From Tubiluchus corallicola (Eukaryota > Animalia > Priapulida), in assembly GCA_030141605.1 (NCBI GenBank), contig JAQGDQ010001379.1:1-43595 (forward strand): 43,595 nt of DNA. The letters are read 5' to 3'. Under the pieces are notes generated by a model, which saw only the letters and a list, made by a program, of their open reading frames with translations, had not been told where the DNA came from and made no database searches. Shown here one piece after another: positions 37,551-43,595 of this stretch (the first letter of the stretch is position 1; the number at the start of each line of letters is the position of its first letter). Made by a program: the position numbers and the translations under genes.

Positions 37551-38109
37551 CAGCGGCAACAACAACGGTAACAGGAACAACACTTCTGTGATAGCAGCAA
37601 CAGCAGCAGCAGCAGCAGCAACAGCATCTTTTCTCCGTTTCTAGGGGTTCCAGGTGTTTACTTGAAAGTTTGCCATTTCTAAACTTTCTTTTCTATCTTC
37701 CCCTCTCTGTCCTCGTTCTATCTCTCCTCCCCTTCCACCCCGTCCGCCCACTCTTACAATCTGTCATCTAAACTGTATCACGGTGCTACACACGATTAGC
37801 TGACTAACCGCAACTCGACGGTGCGCCACACTCAATCGGATTTCCCGCTCCTTAAAACAAAATGAAATCAGCATCAGCTAATCAAATGAATTGTCCTCTC
37901 GGTCGTTACTCGGCTCGACACAACTCTTGATTATACTGAGGAGACTGATGATTGATCGTGCAGCATCAGTACCAAATTGAATTGATCTGAGCATCTCGAA
38001 TGAGGAAGATGCTTCAGCGAACAGACGGAGGATGAATTACAAACGGGTCAAAGCAATTTATTTATTTACACGACCTTAGATCAGAAGAATACGGATGACT
38101 GATGGGGCT

Positions 38110-39264
38110 CTGCACTAAATGCAAGGCCTGACTATCCTGTAGACTAGTATAGGCTGCAGGCTGCACTAAATGCAAGGCCTGACTATCCTATAGGCTAGTA
38201 TAGGCTGCAGGCTGCACTAGATGCAAGGCCTGACTATCCTGTAGACTAGTATAGGCTGCAGGCTGCACTAGATGCAAGGCCTGACTATCCTGTAGACTAG
38301 TATAGGCTGCAGGCTGCACTAGATGCAAGGCCTGACTATCCTATAGACTAGTATAGGCTGCAGGCTGCACTAAATGCAAGGTCTGACTATCCTGTAGGCT
38401 AGTATAGGCTGCAGGCTGCATTAAATGCAAGGCCTGACTATCCTGTAGGCTAGTATAGGCTGCACTACATGCAAGGCCTGACTATCCTGTAGGCTAGTAT
38501 AGGCTGCAGGCTGCACTAGATGCAAGGCCTGACTATCCTGTAGGCTAGTATAGGCTACAGGCTGCACTAGATGCAAGGCCTGACTATCCTGTAGACTAGT
38601 ATAGGCTGCAGGCTGCACTAAATGCAAGGCCTGACTATCCTGTAGACTAGTATAGGCTGCAGGCTGCACTAAATGCAAGGCCTGACTATCCTGTAGACTA
38701 GTATAGGCTGCAGGCTGCACCAAATGCAAGGCCTGACTATCCTGCAGACTAGTATGGGCTGCAGGCTGCACTAAATGCAAGGCGTGACTATCCTGTAGAC
38801 TAGCTAGTATAGGCTGCAGGCTGCACCAAATGCAAGGCCTGACTATCCTGTAGACTAGTATAGGCTGCAGGCTGCACCAAATGCAAGGCCTGACTATCCT
38901 GTAGACTAGTATAGGCTGCAGGCTGCACTAAATGCAAGGCCTGACTATCCTGTAGACTAGTATAGGCTGCAGGCTGCACCAAATGCAAGGCCTGACTATC
39001 CTGTAGGCTAGTATAGGCTACAGGCTGCAATAAATGCAAGGCCTGACTATCCTGTAGGCTAGTATAGGCTGCAGGCTGCACTAGATGCAAGGCCTGACTA
39101 TCCTGTAGGCTAGTATAGGCTACAGGCTGCACTAGATGCAAGGCCTGACTATCCTGTAGACTAGTATAGGCTGCAGGCTGCACTAAATGCAAGGCGTGAG
39201 TATCCTATAGGCTAGTATAGGCTGCAGGCTGCACTAAATGCAAGGCCTGACTATCCTATAGGCT
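38110..39264. repeat. 51-bp satellite, about 22.5 copies
   Basis: Unit ctgcactaaatgcaaggcctgactatcctgtagactagtataggctgcagg. Confidence 0.95.
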
Positions 39265-39594
39265 GTAGCGTAGCTTAGGGTCCCTGAAGCTTTGGTAAGA
39301 TTTGGTAAAAAATCTGTCTTATCGCAACAGTTGTGGTGAATTATGTGCTAATTTGGTTTGTAATAAATAGTAAAATTGTGGCATTTCTTAAAGATTATTT
39401 TATTGACAATCAAAAGATAATCAGTCTAGGTTACTTAAACTATTTACAATAAGTTTACTTCAATCTATGTAAATATCTCTAAAAATAACAAACAGAAGAC
39501 GGGTGGGGAGTTTATCTGACGGGTGGATCTACCCGAGGGGGGGGGTCATAATTTCATTAGCCTAAGGACCTCGAAGGGCCATAATCCTGCCCTG
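39241..39594. mobile_element. hAT-like non-autonomous element
   Basis: Left end CAAGGCCTGACTAT versus reverse complement of the right end CAGGGCAGGATTAT (10/14). Flanked by ACTAAATG (39233-39240) and ACTAAAATG (39595-39603), a near 8-bp TSD. CAGGGC termini and 8-bp TSDs are hAT hallmarks. Confidence 0.55.
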
Positions 39595-39807
39595 ACTAAA
39601 ATGTTGCTTCTCTTTTAGTTGTGAATTTACGGTAAAGGGGTACAGCTCATTAGGCCTAAAACTGATCCATTTTTAAAGATATACAAGAGATTTTTATACT
39701 CGTGTTAAACTACGTTTGACTGCAGCTCCACCTGTACTAATTGTAAATAAAGACAAAGAGAAAAGAAAGACAAAGACATATAATATTTTCATATATTTTA
39801 TCATACT

Positions 39808-40210
39808 TTTCGGAAACGCATTGCACAAAAAACGGGTGCTGTACCTCTCTCAGTTCAGATGCGTTAGTTTGTGACGAACTGCACACGTTCGACAGCTGAT
39901 GCGTGAGCAAAATTTGAAATTTGAATGTTTATCTTAAAACTTGTCTAGTTTTAGTACAACACACTGAATATCTTACAGTAGCGCTGTACTTCAATTTACG
40001 CTTTCGCAAACACTTGCAACACGCTCATGCAATCTTTTTGATGTAGTAAATCACGTTAGTTTGTGATGGCTCACGCGTGGTTAATTAAGTTTTTAATCTA
40101 TTATTTAATTATTAGAAACGCATTTGCAGTATTAATTGTGTTAAAATGTATACTTTTTACTAAACTTGAAAATGGGATAGTATAAGAGAAATCATCCTGT
40201 CTTCCTTGAA
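39808..40210 (-). mobile_element. Family A copy
   Basis: Reverse complement of about 26601-27015; ends aatcatcctgtcttccttgaa. Confidence 0.8.
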
Positions 40211-40702
40211 GTACGACCCCATCACCAGAACCAGTAACAGTGAAATCAGTCATCTAAGATAGATTTATGAAATTCGACCCCAGAACGTTTAAGAACTCGA
40301 TATAAACGCGCAAATTCCAAACCGATTTAGAAACATTTGCGGTTGGAAACACAGAAAGGCAGGCAGGTAAATCTGCACAGCCTCGGTCATTTCAAAGGTT
40401 TCCACAATACCTGCCTGGGTTCCCGCGGTGTACGTAATGGCAGTAGTTGTTCTGGTAGCTGAATGCTCCTCTCAATCAAATCTGTTGTTCTGTATTATTC
40501 CCCGGCTAAACATTTCGCACAACTTTGCTTTGGGGTGCCCTAATCCCTTAATAACCCTTCTCTAATTCCGCTGCTCACATTCGGGAAAACGCGAGAAACT
40601 CGACTGCACTTCCGAACGTCACAATATGGACGAAATTTAAACTTTGAACAGAAAATTTCCCAGGGTGACGTGTCAAAAAAAATTGAAAAATTTGATTGCA
40701 AC

Positions 40703-40835
40703 ATTCCAACAAGCCTTGATCAATACGTATTTGTCCAGCAATAACTTGACTACTGTAGATGCACAGTTAAGCTAATGCATGTACAGCAGTAAAGTCATTG
40801 TTGGACAAAACATGTGGATCAAGGCTTGTTGGAAT
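40703..40835. repeat. 133-bp imperfect palindrome (hairpin)
   Basis: Arms 40703-40763 and 40776-40835 are complementary, with the outer 19 bp perfect (ATTCCAACAAGCCTTGATC). The loop is 12 nt. Confidence 0.9.
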
Positions 40836-41069
40836 AAGAAATCAAAATTTCTATCAGTATCCATCCTCACAGTAGTTGCAAAACAGTGGTGTTTGCTTAA
40901 TCAAGTTGTCTTAATTTTACATACTATTAACAAATAATAGTCTTTCTATCTTTTATATCATCTCATATATGAGCTTCATTCATTACATCATTCCATTTTA
41001 AGCACTAATTTTTTTTATCACACGATTCACTTTAAAATTTCAGATTATTTCCATTACTTTTTCTTCTTT

Positions 41070-41268
41070 CACTGTGTGGGACAATCTAACAAGCCCTGCT
41101 TTTTGACTGCCCGCAACACAGTTACCTTCGTATATAGTTGAACAGTGTGTGAGCCTTTTCCTGTGCAGTATTTCTTATTTGTATTATATCCATTGTAGGT
41201 CCTTTCACTAGATATTGTACATGAAACTATTGTAAATGTGTAATGTGAAATAAATGACTTATGACTTA
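41070..41268 (+). mobile_element. Retroposon 3' end with AATAAA and (ATGACTT)n tail
   Basis: The terminal ~47 bp are shared with 27960-28006. The 5' boundary is uncertain. Confidence 0.5.
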
Positions 41269-41727
41269 AAAATCTAATCAAATTTTCCAATTTGCAATTT
41301 TTCTGCAGGTTTCGTTCTTTTGCAAGTTTTTACTGAGTCTTTCTGGTACTGAGAATTTTAATTAGTCTCCATGACAACGCGAGTTTAGAAAATTGAGCAA
41401 GTTTGAGATTAAGCAAGTTTGAGTTTTTTTTGGTTAAAGAAAATATTAATTATTAATAATTGTCAAAAGAATCTACACTCACCAAAATTTTGTAACAAAA
41501 ATTAAATAAAAAGAAAAAAATTATGCAAATGTCTGAATTAAACAAGGATTTTGAAACGTCGACCTATGATTTACGTAACAAACCCAATGAAAATAAAAAA
41601 AGGTGTTAGGCCTAAATAGATAAAGACATAAATGGGTATTTCACAAGCAAATTAATAACAGCAGTTTTAAAACAGCCATTTGAGCTATAAAAAACCCTCA
41701 GACTTTACTTCAAATATTACTGCAATC

Positions 41728-41911
41728 AGATTTAAAATCAACAAATTAGTTAAAAAAACTTAAACACGATCTAACACAATAACTATTGTACATCCATGTT
41801 GATTCACCGCGCATGCGTAGCCAGATTTAAAATCAACAAATTAGTTAAAAAAATAAACACGATCTAACACTAACTATAGTACATCCATGTTGATTCAGCG
41901 CGCATGCGTAG
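41728..41911. repeat. ~94-bp tandem duplication
   Basis: cagatttaaaatcaacaaattagtt...gcgcatgcgtag occurs twice. Confidence 0.9.
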
Positions 41912-42342
41912 TCGATCTCATTTCTCAATGGCTTTTTCACAGAGTAAATGAAGTGATTTCAGCCTACAGTAAGCACATAATTACGGGTATTGGGTAAACC
42001 GAGACCCTTCTGGGCAAAATAACCGTCCATATCGGAATCACCATCTTAATTTACGACAACTGATACATATTCTTGTGGTCATGTTGTAATGCTAGTCATG
42101 TTAAACGAGAGGCGAAGCGCCCACGTTAAGGGAAATCACAAACAGTTATTTTAACTGTGAGAAACACAACCTGTTGGTTAGTTAAATGTTATCTAAATTT
42201 TGAGAACACGAATTAATAAATGAATTTTTTTTAATGTCGGGCCATATAAGTTTAAAAGTGTATGTGTTGTTGACACAGTACTTTGGTACATGCAATTCAT
42301 GATTCAATTAAAAAGGTTGTCTTGTTGCAAACGGGGCTTGCG

Positions 42343-42435
42343 CTAGCAGTACCGCTGTATAAAACTTCTGAATTTAAACTCCCGCGATGACTGTTTGGCG
42401 CAGCCATTTTGACAGTAAGTCGTTTGAAAGAAGTT
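42343..42435 (+). repeat. Dispersed repeat family B, copy 2
   Basis: Matches 922-1017. Confidence 0.65.
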
Positions 42436-43220
42436 TATAAAGCATTGCATAAAATGAATATAACAATAAAAGATAATCAGAGCATTTGTAGCACACATTT
42501 CACTAAGTAATGTAAACAAACGTTTAAATTACATTATGTCACCAATGAGATCAATAATGTGTTTTTGGTGAGCCAGTGGTGCACACTGGGATAGTAATAC
42601 AATCTTCATTTTTGATTATCCATGGTTATCTTCCTTTTAAAACTTTCCTTAGAAGACTTCTGCGAAATGTGTCAGTTTGCTTTTCTCGATTAATCGTTAA
42701 ACCCCAAGTTTCACAGCAGTATATAAATATGTTTATGTATATGTACATAAATATACATAACGTAAGCATTAAATAACCGAAGACCACAACGATTTTGTGA
42801 AAAGTGTTTGCAAAGACTTTCAGAATTCGATGTGTTAATGCAAAAAATGCGCAATTTCGAGTTTTGCGAGTCGCCGACTGTTGCGGGACCGTCGACTCAT
42901 TTTTGTCAACGTTTCAGTTGCAAAATTTCGAATGTTTTTGTACAGCAGGGAAAGTAGCCCACCAAAGACTGGTCGTTGTCATCAACCAACACTTTCCTTC
43001 TGCCTTATTAGAGGCAAATGATATCATCATTTTGGGGGAACCCCGCCAGTTTTTCCAACAATCCTCTTCCAGAACGACAATTTCCCCCATTATTCGTTAC
43101 AGGGATAATTACAGCGATAGTTATTATCCAGTCAGCTGCTTTAGCAACATAATTGCAGATCTAGACCCACGATAAGAAAACGTTCTTACAGGTGAGAGAA
43201 TACACATCTCTCGGGTACAG

Positions 43221-43285
43221 TCAGGGCAGCTCTATCACTAGGCAAACTAGGCAGTTGCCTAGGGCGCTAAATTTTGCGGGGGGGC
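43221..43285 (+). mobile_element. hAT-like element left terminus
   Basis: CAGGGCAGCTCTA..TAGGCAAACTAGGCAGTTGCCTAGGGCGC resembles the subterminal TAGGC-repeat ends of non-autonomous hAT elements. No partner end is visible in the window. Confidence 0.4.
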
Positions 43286-43447
43286 TCTCCAAGTTTTCCT
43301 TTAATTTTCAAGTTTAGTATAAATAATAACTTAACGTATATATAACTTAACGTATAACATATAATTATTATGTATAATTATAATATAACTGCTTTGCATT
43401 TTGTTTATTTGCTACACTTAAGACCTAACCACGTATTTATTCACTTA

Positions 43448-43595
43448 ACCATGTAGTCTGCCGTGCTTTATACTATTCCTAAGTTATATAGGGGTGGCTG
43501 ACTCGATGACCATGTAGTTTGCCATGCTTTATACTATTCCTAAGTTATATAGGGGTGGCTGACTCGATGACCATGTAGTCTGCTGTGCTTTATAC
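43448..43595. repeat. 61-bp tandem repeat running off the window end
   Basis: ccatgtagt at 43449, 43510 and 43571. Confidence 0.9.

Noticed and set aside
37660-37676. Minus-strand ATG GCA AAC TTT CAA|GTAAAC as an alternative Sp6-9 micro-exon 1 (MANFQ)
   Set aside because: Phase fits, but the donor is weak, no core promoter was seen and it does not resemble known Sp8/9 N-termini. It cannot be fully excluded without RNA data.
38421-39192. ORFs with a 17-aa repeat (LHLVQPAAYTSLQDSQA)
   Set aside because: A by-product of a 51-bp (3n) unit; broken by a 4-bp insertion and stops, with no true start codon.
42804-43175. 123-aa ORF in unique sequence
   Set aside because: Non-ATG start, no recognisable domain and no convincing splice sites; more likely non-coding.

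Overview
This is AT-rich, repeat-dense animal genomic DNA, not prokaryotic. The Sp-box context ([28 protein letters not shown]) suggests a protostome invertebrate; that is inference. The window holds one clear host gene, an Sp6-9 (Sp8/9-like) zinc-finger transcription factor on the minus strand. Its large terminal coding exon is 14920-13643. A candidate TATA/Inr-driven first exon lies near 22.5 kb and a possible 90-nt cassette exon at 16.9 kb. The rest is gene desert: microsatellites, over 20 minisatellite/satellite arrays and local duplications, two piggyBac-type MITEs, a five-copy Kolobok-like dispersed repeat, a 5'-truncated LINE with a perfect 16-bp TSD, RT relics and tRNA-like SINE heads. 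Unique TAAT-rich islands between them look like enhancers. Nearly all other ORFs in the track are repeat artefacts. I see no CRISPR array and no evidence of a new multi-gene system. The most unusual signals are (i) a 51-bp satellite apparently born from the end of a hAT-like element, (ii) two satellite families supplying about 45-50 bZIP (CRE-type) sites around the Sp6-9 coding exon, (iii) CTCF-like motifs and (iv) a 133-bp hairpin. Repeat boundaries and copy numbers were read by eye and are approximate.
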